From the NCBI GenBank assembly GCA_050246815.1, contig JBFWVI010000025.1:1-45368 (forward strand): a stretch of DNA of 45,368 nucleotides, given 5' to 3'. Positions 26,451 to 35,633 of this stretch are shown here, piece after piece. The notes under the pieces are model-generated. The model saw only the letters and a program-made list of their open reading frames with translations, ran no database searches and was not told the DNA's origin. The position numbers were made by a program, and so were the translations under genes. The stretch's first letter is position 1; every line of letters starts with the position of its first letter. The stretch comes from Bdellovibrionales bacterium (GTDB lineage Bacteria > Bdellovibrionota > Bdellovibrionia > Bdellovibrionales > UBA1609).

Positions 26451-27596
26451 CTAAAGCTTCCTTAGATATACTGATTGGCTTACGGAGTTAACGAGTATCA
26501 CGGCATTGTAGCTTGGAACATAACGAAATCGTCCGTAGGTGCCTGCCCCTGCAGGGTTACCCGGCGATAGAGTGCTTGAGGCGTCGAGGGGAATTGAGGA
26601 CCAGTTCCATGTGCCAGTCACAGCCGCTGGAATCGAGAGCGCATAGAGACCAGTTCCGCCGTTCCAGCCTAGTATCCTGTCGCCATTTGGGTCATAAACA
26701 AATCCTGGAGACTGGGCAGAAGAGCCTAATCCTGTGCCACTTTGTGTAATTCTAACTGGCGCTGTATTGGGCGAATTTAAGTCAAAAACCAAAATTCCGT
26801 AACCTTGTACAAAGAGTAAGAATCTGTTTCTTTTCGTATCGATTGTTGCTGTTGCATAGCTATAGAGTCCGTATCCGGAATTGAAAGAAGTCCATTTATT
26901 GAGATCTGGATCATAGGACTGCAAACGATTGTTAGAACTCTCGCCCGGCAGATACCATAAAAGCTTGGTTACGGGATTGTAACGAGCAACAGCAAAAATA
27001 TTCGAACCCGATATTGATGGCAAGGCCCCTCTTGTCCAAGGTTGCCCTGTCATTCCATTAACAGAGAAATTATACAAATCGACAGCGTTTTGGGAAAAGC
27101 CATTCGAATACTGTGATCCAACCCCGACGCTTATCATTTTTTTAAAGGGCGCAGGCAAATAATCCAAAAGGTCATAGGTATGTCTTGAAACTGGTCGACC
27201 ATCCGAACCATAGGTCGAATTATTCGCTGCTGGGGAGCTTGGATTGGTTAATCTTTCCCATTTTGGGTTTTCCGAAGTGATGGGTCCAAATCGATAAATT
27301 TCATTTCCTGAGTAATCTGTATGTCCCCCACCCCATATCACGAAATAGTCATTGTCTGTGTCATAGACACCAGAATTCCAGGCCGTGATCACCGGTGCGT
27401 TGTTGACTCCAGGGGGGGAGACCGAACTCATAAGAGAGTTGGGAAATGCATACCAAACGTTCGACTTCAGATTGTTAAGCGCAGAATTCCCAGAAACAGC
27501 TTGTTGCTGCACTACAATTCTAGTTGGTGTGGATTTGACGGTGGCTCCCCAGCTGGATTGGATAAGCAACAGGAGACCTAAAATTTTATACTCCAT
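26451..27596 (-). CDS. Secreted Kelch/galactose-oxidase-like beta-propeller hypothetical protein
   Basis: Signal peptide; repeated YDP/YNP...W blade-like units; WGGGHTDYSGNEIY, DGRPVSRHTYD, GTYGRFRY; Ser/Asn/Gly-rich; AT-richer DNA than flanks. Confidence 0.7.
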   Translation of the reverse strand: MEYKILGLLLLIQSSWGATVKSTPTRIVVQQQAVSGNSALNNLKSNVWYAFPNSLMSSVSPPGVNNAPVITAWNSGVYDTDNDYFVIWGGGHTDYSGNEIYRFGPITSENPKWERLTNPSSPAANNSTYGSDGRPVSRHTYDLLDYLPAPFKKMISVGVGSQYSNGFSQNAVDLYNFSVNGMTGQPWTRGALPSISGSNIFAVARYNPVTKLLWYLPGESSNNRLQSYDPDLNKWTSFNSGYGLYSYATATIDTKRNRFLLFVQGYGILVFDLNSPNTAPVRITQSGTGLGSSAQSPGFVYDPNGDRILGWNGGTGLYALSIPAAVTGTWNWSSIPLDASSTLSPGNPAGAGTYGRFRYVPSYNAVILVNSVSQSVYLRKL

Positions 27597-27723
27597 AATT
27601 GTTATCCAAGTTATTGTAGCAAATGACTATCCATTTGAAAAAGAAGTCATGAATGGACTGATTTCCGAACCCTTACTTCATTATATCAATCTGCCGCGCA
27701 GCAAAGAGCCAAAAGTCGTAAGA

Positions 27724-27740
27724 TGTCTCATGTTGAGACA
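27724..27740. promoter_or_regulatory. Palindrome TGTCTCA-N3-TGAGACA
   Basis: Perfect 7-3-7 dyad in the AT-rich intergenic region upstream of the propeller gene. Confidence 0.55.
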
Positions 27741-27807
27741 ATAGATTAATTTGGGGCTTAGTGACAATTTAAAATACAGGGCCTTTGGCGGCCAACAGCT
27801 AGCAGAG

Positions 27808-28848
27808 TCATTTAAATTCCGCTAAGGCGGTCTTCAACTGGACGGCCGTCGGCCGTAAATCTTTTTCGCATAAATGGGCCAAGGGTGTTTCGGTCAGGTT
27901 CAAACTTTGTTCATAAGTCGGCACATCCGGTCGGTGCAAGAATAGCCCGGTCAGAATTTCCCCTTTGCCGCAGGCATCATGCAGTAGCTTTAGGGCCGAT
28001 AAACCGTTCGACAAATCATGGTCACGGGAATCCAGTTTTTTGAGTGTCAGCCGTGAACCATCATGAAGCCGAATTTCTTGGCATGTGCCTTCAGCGTAAT
28101 CCACATTGATCGGCGCTTGCGGTTGAATAAAGCCAAGCTCTTGCAGGCGGACCTGTTTTTCGCGGACATGGTCATAACTTTTAGTCGAACCATCATGGTT
28201 GGCAAAGGCCACGCAAGGTGAAACCACATCCAACACGGCCGTGCCGGGGTGACGAAGGGCCGCCGAGATCAGCGGCACAAGCTGCTTGGCATCGCCCGAA
28301 AATGAACGAGCCACAAAGCTTGCCCCTAAATCAATCGCCAATGAGCAAATGTCGATGGCGGCAAGGGGGTTTACGTCGCCTGATTTTTGTGTTGAGCCTT
28401 TATCTGCGGTTGCCGAAAATTGCCCTTTAGTCAGCCCATAAACGCCATTGTTTTCGACAATGTAAACCATGGGCAAATTGCGCCGGACCAAGTGCGCGAA
28501 ACCACCCAGTCCGATACTGGCGGTGTCGCCATCGCCAGAAACTCCCAAGGTCAAAAGGGTTCGATTGGCCAGGCGCGCGCCGGTGGCGACAGGCGCCATT
28601 CGGCCATGCAGAGAATTGAAACCATGGGAGCGTCCTAAGAAGTAAGCCGGCGTTTTCGAGCTGCAGCCAATACCAGACATTTTCACCATCGTGTACGGGT
28701 TCACCGACGACTGAAAACAAGCATTTAGAATGTGCTGGGTGACACTGTCATGACCACAGCCCATGCAAAGAGTGCTTTTGGCCCCCTCGTATTCGCTTTT
28801 GCTAAACCCGGCTGCATTGAGGGTTGGTTTGCTGAGTTGCTCGCTCAT
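27808..28848 (-). CDS. 2-oxoacid:ferredoxin oxidoreductase beta subunit
   Basis: STLCMGCGH, SGIGCSSK, HGRMAPVATG, GDGD...NN TPP motif, YGLTKGQFS; ATG 28848 overlaps the alpha stop (ATGA). Confidence 0.95.
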   Translation of the reverse strand: MSEQLSKPTLNAAGFSKSEYEGAKSTLCMGCGHDSVTQHILNACFQSSVNPYTMVKMSGIGCSSKTPAYFLGRSHGFNSLHGRMAPVATGARLANRTLLTLGVSGDGDTASIGLGGFAHLVRRNLPMVYIVENNGVYGLTKGQFSATADKGSTQKSGDVNPLAAIDICSLAIDLGASFVARSFSGDAKQLVPLISAALRHPGTAVLDVVSPCVAFANHDGSTKSYDHVREKQVRLQELGFIQPQAPINVDYAEGTCQEIRLHDGSRLTLKKLDSRDHDLSNGLSALKLLHDACGKGEILTGLFLHRPDVPTYEQSLNLTETPLAHLCEKDLRPTAVQLKTALAEFK

Positions 28849-30662
28849 GTGAGTCCCCTGATGACCTGGCTTTGGACTTCTGCGGCGGCCAAGGGCCATC
28901 CGTCATAGTTGACCACGCCATGCAGTCGTGCCGCCAATTGCGGGAACTCTGCGCTTAAGAGTTGACGCATTTGTCCGTCGCGATTTTGTTCGATCACAAA
29001 AACTTTCTCACATGATTCTAAAAATTTTTCCACTTCGTTGGTGAATGGAAAGCTTTTCAGTCGAAGATAGTGGGTGGCGATATGATGAGTTTTGAGGCCG
29101 TGGCGGATTTCTGCGATGGCCTCATGGGTCGAGCCATAAGCTAAAATTCCAATCTTGGCTCCAGTGACCATCTCAATCTCGGGTTTGGGTACAAGCTGGC
29201 GAGCTGTTTGCCACTTGCGATTCAAGCGCTGCAGGGTTTTGGCGAAAATCACCGGATCTTCGGTGTAGCGCGAAGACTCATCATGGCCGGTCCCGCGGGT
29301 GAAGTAGGCCGCCAGAGGATGGTTGGTCCCGGGCAGGGTACGTGCGCCCACGCCATCACCGTCGGCATCCGAATAACGGGCGAAATGAGTCATTTGCGCC
29401 AGCTCTTTTTCGCCTAGGACCTTGCCGCGTTTAAAAGTTTCAACAGAGGCTGACCACTCAGGCGTGCTGTGCAGATTCATGCCCAAATTCAAATCACTTA
29501 AAACAATGACCAAAGTTTGCAGTTGCTCGGCCAAATCGAACGCGATCTTTCCGAATGCAAAACATTCTGCGGGATCGGCCGGGAATAATAAAACGTGTTT
29601 GGTATCGCCATGGGAAAGATAAGCTGCGCTAATCACATCGCCTTGCATAGTGCGCGTGGGCAGCCCTGTGGACGGGCCAGCTCGCTGAACGTTCCAAATC
29701 ACGGCGGGGATTTCAGCGAAGTAGGCGAGGCCTGCGGCCTCGCTCATCAGCGACAGGCCGGGGCCTGACGTGGCCGTCATGGCGCGTGCACCAGCCCAGC
29801 CCGCACCCAGCGCCATACTGATGGCGGCCAATTCGTCTTCGGCTTGAACGACAGCTGCCTTTATCTTTCCGTCCGTATCCATGCGCCATTGTTCGGCGTA
29901 GTTCAGAAACCCTTCCATCACCGAGCTTGATGGTGTGATGGGGTACCATGCCGCAAAAGTGCAGCCGCCATCCAAAAGGCCCATACTCGCGGCACTGTTG
30001 CCGTCGATTAAAATATTTTTTTGGTTTCCGCCCGGCACTGTTTGTGCCCGTACCACGGGCTTTGTGGCGTGGGCTCCACACATTTCGCTCACTGCGTTTT
30101 GGGCCCACTGCCGGCCGGCTTCGATCGCCTTCATGTTGGGCTCGATCAAACTTTCTTTGCCTTTTAGGTGATCGTACACGGTTTGTTTTAAAATTGTTTG
30201 ATCCAGCGGCAAGAGCTCGCTCAAGATGCCTACATAAACGATGTTGGTTAAAAGTTTTCGACTTTTCACAGAGTCCGAAGTGGCGGCGGCCAGTTCGCGA
30301 AACGGCACTTGCACTTGAGTAATGTCAGGGCGAATTTGTTCAGGCTTGAGGCGGCAATCGTTCGAATGTAAAAAAAGGCCGCCGGGTCGCAATTGTTTTT
30401 GGTCTTCTACAGCACTTGTCGGATTCAAGCTGATCACAATGTCTTGCGTGGTGCGACGCGCGGTGAACCCCATGGGATTGGCGCGAATGGTGAACCAAGT
30501 CGGTAACCCCTGGATGTTCGAAGGGAAAAGGTTTTTCCCGCTCACCGGGATACCCATTCGAAACAAGGTTTTCACGACGAGCAGATTGGCCGTTTGGCTG
30601 CCGCTGCCGTTGACCGTGGCCATATGCAGAACAAAATCATTAACCGAATCTTTGATCGTCAT
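28845..30662 (-). CDS. 2-oxoacid:acceptor oxidoreductase alpha subunit (gamma-alpha fusion)
   Basis: NGSGSQTAN, YPITPSS, QAEDELAA, TSGPGLSLM, QRAGPSTGLPT, EQNRDGQM. Confidence 0.95.
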   Translation of the reverse strand: MTIKDSVNDFVLHMATVNGSGSQTANLLVVKTLFRMGIPVSGKNLFPSNIQGLPTWFTIRANPMGFTARRTTQDIVISLNPTSAVEDQKQLRPGGLFLHSNDCRLKPEQIRPDITQVQVPFRELAAATSDSVKSRKLLTNIVYVGILSELLPLDQTILKQTVYDHLKGKESLIEPNMKAIEAGRQWAQNAVSEMCGAHATKPVVRAQTVPGGNQKNILIDGNSAASMGLLDGGCTFAAWYPITPSSSVMEGFLNYAEQWRMDTDGKIKAAVVQAEDELAAISMALGAGWAGARAMTATSGPGLSLMSEAAGLAYFAEIPAVIWNVQRAGPSTGLPTRTMQGDVISAAYLSHGDTKHVLLFPADPAECFAFGKIAFDLAEQLQTLVIVLSDLNLGMNLHSTPEWSASVETFKRGKVLGEKELAQMTHFARYSDADGDGVGARTLPGTNHPLAAYFTRGTGHDESSRYTEDPVIFAKTLQRLNRKWQTARQLVPKPEIEMVTGAKIGILAYGSTHEAIAEIRHGLKTHHIATHYLRLKSFPFTNEVEKFLESCEKVFVIEQNRDGQMRQLLSAEFPQLAARLHGVVNYDGWPLAAAEVQSQVIRGLT

Positions 30663-30668
30663 AGGTGA

Positions 30669-31466
30669 TTAATCCAAAAACTCGTCGGCATGTTCTATGT
30701 CCGTGACGGTTTCAGCTTTCTTTTTGTCTAAGGATGGGTCTTCAGTGGATTCTTTAAAAGCCTTGGGATTGATAGTTAAAATCCAATCGCGGTAGGCGGC
30801 ATAGATCTCATCCACCGGAGCAGGTGGATGCACGGGGCCCACATGAACGATCAATCTACCAGGGTACGGAATCAAACGCCCTTTGGGCCAAAGCTCATTG
30901 TTGCCCTCTAAATATAAAAATAAAATAGGGGTTTCGGTACGCTCAGCAAAAAGACTGACACCGCGTTTGAAGGGCTGGATGTAGCCATCTTTGGAGCGCG
31001 TGCCCTCGGGGAAAAGAATCATCCACACACGTGGAAGATTGCTGAGCAGGTTGGTGCAAAGGCGGATGGCTTCACCGGTACGATCTTTGCGGTCTATGGG
31101 AATTGCGCCCAAGCAGTGTTTCGAAAAAAATGTGAAAACCGGATTTTTAAACCAATAGTCCTTTGCTGCCGAAATGTACAAATGCGGCCAATAGCGAAAG
31201 GGCACGGCCGCCGCGATCGACACGGCGTCAAGGTGACTGGCGTGATTTGAGATCAACAGAAGTCTGGGTTGAGTTTCCCAAAGTTCTTTGAAACTGCCTT
31301 TGACCTGAAGACGTATATAAAAAGTGAACGCGCATTTGAGATAAATCGCCCACAACACACGAAAGACAAAACTGGTGAAGTCAAAGTGGCGGGTGAACAG
31401 CGGCAAATGTTTGATATGCCCCGGCAGCTTCATCCATTGATCGTTTTCGTAGTTCCAATCTCTCAT
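30669..31466 (-). CDS. Lysophospholipid (1-acyl-glycerol-3-phosphate) acyltransferase, PlsC family
   Basis: SNHASHLD (HxxxxD), AAKDYWF, FPEGTRS; ATG 31466 overlaps the upstream stop. Confidence 0.92.
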   Translation of the reverse strand: MRDWNYENDQWMKLPGHIKHLPLFTRHFDFTSFVFRVLWAIYLKCAFTFYIRLQVKGSFKELWETQPRLLLISNHASHLDAVSIAAAVPFRYWPHLYISAAKDYWFKNPVFTFFSKHCLGAIPIDRKDRTGEAIRLCTNLLSNLPRVWMILFPEGTRSKDGYIQPFKRGVSLFAERTETPILFLYLEGNNELWPKGRLIPYPGRLIVHVGPVHPPAPVDEIYAAYRDWILTINPKAFKESTEDPSLDKKKAETVTDIEHADEFLD

Positions 31467-32389
31467 AGCCAGGGCACTTGTTGCAGCCAAAGGTAAAGGT
31501 AAAAGTACATTGGGCCTACGAAAATCAATTTGTCGGTGCGACTTAAGATGTCATCGCGGCCGATGATGAAGACGCCGGTATTTTTAATACCCAAGTCTCG
31601 TCGGATCACCGACAAAATCAACCCACCCAGGCGGCCCACAAAGGCGGCGATCAGGCCAGCGGCAATCCAAAATTTTTCTGAACGATCGGGTAGCAAGTGG
31701 CGAAAGCCCCAGGCCACCAAAAGCGCCACAATGGTTGAAATCACAAGGCCCTCAAGGGTGACCCGATGAGAGATTTTGTCGAAAAGCTTGTGTTTGCCAA
31801 ACAGGCGGCTTGAAGCCAATGCCGCGTTATCACTGACTTCAGTCAGGATGTAAAGATAGAGCACGATAAGGGGCCCGCGCTCTAACATCAGCAGATGGCC
31901 TAAGTGCATCAACGACCAGCCCCAAAAAATAAACGAAAGCAGCGACAACGCCACATACTGAATCATGTTGGTGGCGGAATTTCGTATCAAAGGAATCAAG
32001 GCGATGGTTCCTAAAAAAACCATGGGCGAGAGATTGTAGAGCTCTAAGTTGTCGACGTAAACCAAATAGCCCAATCCAAAGATGAACAGGTAAGTCGCCC
32101 ACACAAACCAACTGCGATGATAGATGCCGACCATTTGAAAAAATACTTTGGCGGAAAAAATACCCACCATGGTCAAACCCACCAAGGGCCATGGGTCGGG
32201 CAGGGCCAGGCCCACAAAGATCAGCGGTGCCACGAAGATCCAGCTTTTCAGGCTGGCCCAGCCGGCGGTGAAAGCCGCCAAGCGGTTGCGCAGTAAAAAA
32301 GTGAACACCGTCAACACGGCCAAGAAGCTCAGCATGATCACGGCGGTTTGCACAAAGATGCGGTCAAGCCATAGCGACTGTTCGCTCAC
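31463..32389 (-). CDS. Phosphatidate cytidylyltransferase family membrane protein
   Basis: Polytopic; SDNAA...FGKHKL..KIS..VTLEG, SVIRRDLGIKN.G...ILSRTD; partly divergent from canonical KTxEG/GDL/HGG motifs. Confidence 0.85.
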   Translation of the reverse strand: MSEQSLWLDRIFVQTAVIMLSFLAVLTVFTFLLRNRLAAFTAGWASLKSWIFVAPLIFVGLALPDPWPLVGLTMVGIFSAKVFFQMVGIYHRSWFVWATYLFIFGLGYLVYVDNLELYNLSPMVFLGTIALIPLIRNSATNMIQYVALSLLSFIFWGWSLMHLGHLLMLERGPLIVLYLYILTEVSDNAALASSRLFGKHKLFDKISHRVTLEGLVISTIVALLVAWGFRHLLPDRSEKFWIAAGLIAAFVGRLGGLILSVIRRDLGIKNTGVFIIGRDDILSRTDKLIFVGPMYFYLYLWLQQVPWL

Positions 32390-33720
32390 GTGTCTCTCCA
32401 CTGGATGTTGTGATCTTTGATTTTCTTATACAGGTTCGAGCGAGACACTTGCAGCAGCCGCGCCACTTCATCGATGTCTTGATAGCGTTCCAGGCAACTC
32501 GAAATCACTTGGGCTTCAAATTGATTCACCAAATTAGGCAGACCTAGAGCGAAATCCACGGGCTTTTGATTTTCCAGCTGCGCGGTTGGTTGCAGGATGC
32601 TTAAGACATCTTGACGCCGAATCATGGGCAACGGCGATTGCAATGAAAGCTGTTCGCAAACTCGGCGCAACTCTCGCACATTGCCCGGCCAACTGTACTC
32701 GCTTAAAGCTTCTGCGCCGTCGTCGGCCAATGTTTTGCGGCGCACTTGCTCCTCCTTTAAGAAAGTTTCTGCCAGCAACCGAATGTCTTCACGACGTTCG
32801 CGTAAGGGGGGTAAGTTGATTTTTTTTCCGCTTAAGCGCCACAGCAGGTCCTCTCGGAATTTGCCCTCGTTCACCATTTGTTGCAGTGAACGATTGGTGG
32901 CGGCAATCACGCGGCATTGCACTTGTATGGCATCTTTGCCACCCACTCGGCGAACTTCGCCGGTTTCAAGAAAACGCAAAAGCTTGGCTTGCAAATGAAG
33001 CGGCAAAGCTTCCACTTCGTCTAAAAATAAATCTCCGCCGTGGGCGGCCTCGGCCAAGCCCATCTTATTTTGATCGGCTCCAGTGAAGGCACCTCGCACG
33101 TGGCCGAAGAGTTCCGATTCGAACAAGTTGTCAGGAATGCCGGCCACGTTGACCGGAACAAGGGGGGTGCCTTCGCGTTGATGGTGCAAAAGTTCGGTGA
33201 CCACTTCTTTGCCGGTTCCGGATTCGCCCTCAAGTAAAATCGGGCCTCGCTCACCCTTTAGCGCGGCAATTTGTTTTTGCACGTCACGAGCTGCGGCTGA
33301 ATTGCCCAGCCAAGAGCGCACGGGCTTGGTTTTGCGACTTAGGGCTCCTTGCAGCAGCCACCACTCTTCAATTTTGGCCAACATCAAGTTGAGCTCTTCG
33401 GGGTGCAGCGGCTTTGCTAAGAAACGGCTGGCGCCGGCTTTCAAACCTTTTTCCATCAAATCGCGATCCAAATTTCCCGACATGGCGATGATGTCCAGGT
33501 GAGGGTCTTGCTGTCGCAAGGTTTTGATGACTTCCAAACCTTCGGCGCGTTGCAGATTGCCGGTTAAATGCATGTCGATCAACGCCGCATGAAAGGGGCC
33601 ATCGGGCAAACCCTGCGGGCGATCATGGGCCACCAACCGCCAGGAGGGTGGTAAAGCAGGGCGCATAGCCGCCAAAAGTAGATCGTCGTCGTCCACAACA
33701 AATAAGGTCAAATCACGCAT
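32386..33720 (-). CDS. Sigma54-dependent response regulator (REC-AAA+-HTH)
   Basis: ATG 33720 ([12 protein letters not shown]); [34 protein letters not shown]. The longer 554-aa ORF overlaps serA, so its N-extension is rejected. Confidence 0.93.
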   Translation of the reverse strand: MRDLTLFVVDDDDLLLAAMRPALPPSWRLVAHDRPQGLPDGPFHAALIDMHLTGNLQRAEGLEVIKTLRQQDPHLDIIAMSGNLDRDLMEKGLKAGASRFLAKPLHPEELNLMLAKIEEWWLLQGALSRKTKPVRSWLGNSAAARDVQKQIAALKGERGPILLEGESGTGKEVVTELLHHQREGTPLVPVNVAGIPDNLFESELFGHVRGAFTGADQNKMGLAEAAHGGDLFLDEVEALPLHLQAKLLRFLETGEVRRVGGKDAIQVQCRVIAATNRSLQQMVNEGKFREDLLWRLSGKKINLPPLRERREDIRLLAETFLKEEQVRRKTLADDGAEALSEYSWPGNVRELRRVCEQLSLQSPLPMIRRQDVLSILQPTAQLENQKPVDFALGLPNLVNQFEAQVISSCLERYQDIDEVARLLQVSRSNLYKKIKDHNIQWRDT

Positions 33721-33772
33721 CCGGCCACCATAGCTGTTTGCGTTGAAAAGGACAATGCTGCTACCACCCAAA

Positions 33773-33788
33773 GCACTGAATTCAGTGC
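33773..33788. promoter_or_regulatory. Perfect 16-bp palindrome GCACTGAATTCAGTGC
   Basis: Lies in the 125-bp divergent gap between the regulator and serA. Confidence 0.55.
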
Positions 33789-33845
33789 AAAAAACAACTG
33801 AAAACCGATAAATTTGCGGACAGATCACCACCTGAGGTCCACTGA

Positions 33846-35051
33846 ATGAGTCAAGCGCTGAAAATTCTTCTGCTCGAGGGGATCCACCCCTATGCCAAAA
33901 CCCGCTTAGAAGAGGCCGGCTTTCATGTCGAAGCTGAAAAGGGGGCGTTGGGCGAAGCCGATCTGATCCAGCGCTTGCCACAGTTTGATGCCTTGGGGAT
34001 TCGCTCCAAAACCCAATTGACCCCGAAGATCCTGGAGGCCAACCGCGCACTTCGGGCAGTGGGGGCTTTTTGCATTGGTACTAATCAAATTGATTTAAAT
34101 GCCGCCAACTTGTTGGGCACCCCGGTGTTCAATGCGCCCTACAGCAACACTCGAAGTGTTGCGGAGTTGGTGATCGGCGAGATGATTGCACTTTCACGCT
34201 ACATGGCCGACGTCAGCCAGTCCGCCCACGCCGGGGGATGGCTTAAATCCGCAAAAGGCGCCCATGAAGTGCGTGGTAAGACATTGGGGATTATCGGCTA
34301 TGGACATATCGGCAGCCAACTCAGCGTGCTGGCGGAATCCATGGGGCTGCGAGTGCTTTATTATGACATTGTTAAAAAATTGCCTCTTGGAAATGCAAAA
34401 CCCACCGAGTCTTTGGCTGAACTGCTGAAAGAATCTGACTTTGTGTCGTTGCATGTGCCCGAAACTCGGCAAACCATGAACATGATCAGCTCCAGTCAAA
34501 TCAAGGTGATGAAACCCGGATCTTATTTGATCAATGCTTCACGTGGAACGGTGGTGGATATTTCGGCCTTGGCCCAAGCTTTGAAACAAGGGCATCTGGG
34601 AGGGGCGGCGGTGGATGTTTTTCCGGATGAGCCCGAAAACAACGATCAGAAATTCAAATCAGAGCTTCAAGGTTTAAAGAATGTGATTTTGACTCCGCAT
34701 ATCGGGGGCTCAACCGAAGAGGCGCAAGAAGCCATTGGACTTGAGGTCGCAGAAAGCTTAATTCGCGTTTTGAAATTGGGCAGCACCTTAGGCGCGGTGA
34801 ATTTTCCGCAGGTGGATTGCCCACCGGTTGCGGGTACCCATCGTCTGGTGAATGTGCATCGAAACGTGCCTGGCGTTCTTGGTGAGATCAACGGCATTAT
34901 GTCGCGGGCAAAGGCGAACATCCGGGCCCAGTTTTTGTCAACCGACAATCAAATTGGCTATTTGGTGATGGATATCGAGCAGGCCGATGATGAGCGTCTG
35001 GCGCGGGAAGTTGCGGCTTTGAGTACCTCGATTCAGACCCATATCTTGTAA
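33846..35051 (+). CDS. serA: D-3-phosphoglycerate dehydrogenase (E. coli-type, ACT domain)
   Basis: GIRSKT, FCIGTNQ, NAPYSNTRSVAEL, GIIGYGHIG, INASRG, TPHIGGSTEEAQ, HRNVPGVL ACT domain. Confidence 0.97.
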   Translation: MSQALKILLLEGIHPYAKTRLEEAGFHVEAEKGALGEADLIQRLPQFDALGIRSKTQLTPKILEANRALRAVGAFCIGTNQIDLNAANLLGTPVFNAPYSNTRSVAELVIGEMIALSRYMADVSQSAHAGGWLKSAKGAHEVRGKTLGIIGYGHIGSQLSVLAESMGLRVLYYDIVKKLPLGNAKPTESLAELLKESDFVSLHVPETRQTMNMISSSQIKVMKPGSYLINASRGTVVDISALAQALKQGHLGGAAVDVFPDEPENNDQKFKSELQGLKNVILTPHIGGSTEEAQEAIGLEVAESLIRVLKLGSTLGAVNFPQVDCPPVAGTHRLVNVHRNVPGVLGEINGIMSRAKANIRAQFLSTDNQIGYLVMDIEQADDERLAREVAALSTSIQTHIL

Positions 35052-35088
35052 ACACGATCTTAAAGAAGTTGACCATTTACGTCCGCTG

Positions 35089-35160
35089 TTCGCATTTTTT
35101 ACATGCGAAAATAAGAAAAAATAAATGATTTCAATGAATTAAATTGGAACCGAGGTTGCA
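35089..35160 (+). promoter_or_regulatory. Sigma54 promoter with upstream dyad and IHF-like AT tract
   Basis: TGGAAC-CGAGG-TTGCA (35145-35160; GG-N10-GC); dyad TTCGCAT-N7-ATGCGAA (35089-35109); TTTCAATGAATTA between them. Confidence 0.65.
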
Positions 35161-35189
35161 AATGAAATGCTTTGGCGGAGGTCAAAGCC

Positions 35190-35633
35190 ATGAACGTGTC
35201 CAGAACCTTCATTCTATTTATTTTTTTGTTGGTCAGCCATGGGGCCCAGGCCTTCAACTTACAGGCTGAAAAAACGCGCGTGCACACCGAACTGACAACG
35301 CAAGAGGAACGTGAAATCTTGAACTTTTTGAATACTCAGGCAGATCAAAGCATCTTGCAGATTATGGGGCAGGTGAGTTTAGGTGAGCGCCCGGCCATCG
35401 TGATTGCATCCATGAAGCGCACCGAGAAGTTGGCATTGAAAAAAGGGTGGTCGAAGTGTGACGGCACCCCTGTCGGAATTCAATTTTTTATAAAGGAAAA
35501 GCTGTGTTTTTTTTCGGTGGAGCAGCACATTAGCAGCTGGCTAGGGGCCTTTTTCCAGGCCACCTTGCAACAGCAGTCTTTTTTCTTCGGTGGCGTAGAG
35601 TTTCGGCGCCGTCAGTTTGAAAACAACCGCTAG
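35190..35633 (+). CDS. Secreted hypothetical protein
   Basis: GGAGG RBS, ATG 35190, signal peptide ending AQA, two Cys. Confidence 0.65.
   Translation: MNVSRTFILFIFLLVSHGAQAFNLQAEKTRVHTELTTQEEREILNFLNTQADQSILQIMGQVSLGERPAIVIASMKRTEKLALKKGWSKCDGTPVGIQFFIKEKLCFFSVEQHISSWLGAFFQATLQQQSFFFGGVEFRRRQFENNR

Noticed and set aside
33721..34050. 110-aa N-terminal extension of the sigma54 regulator ORF
   Set aside because: It overlaps serA on the opposite strand, and the receiver domain starts at ATG 33720.
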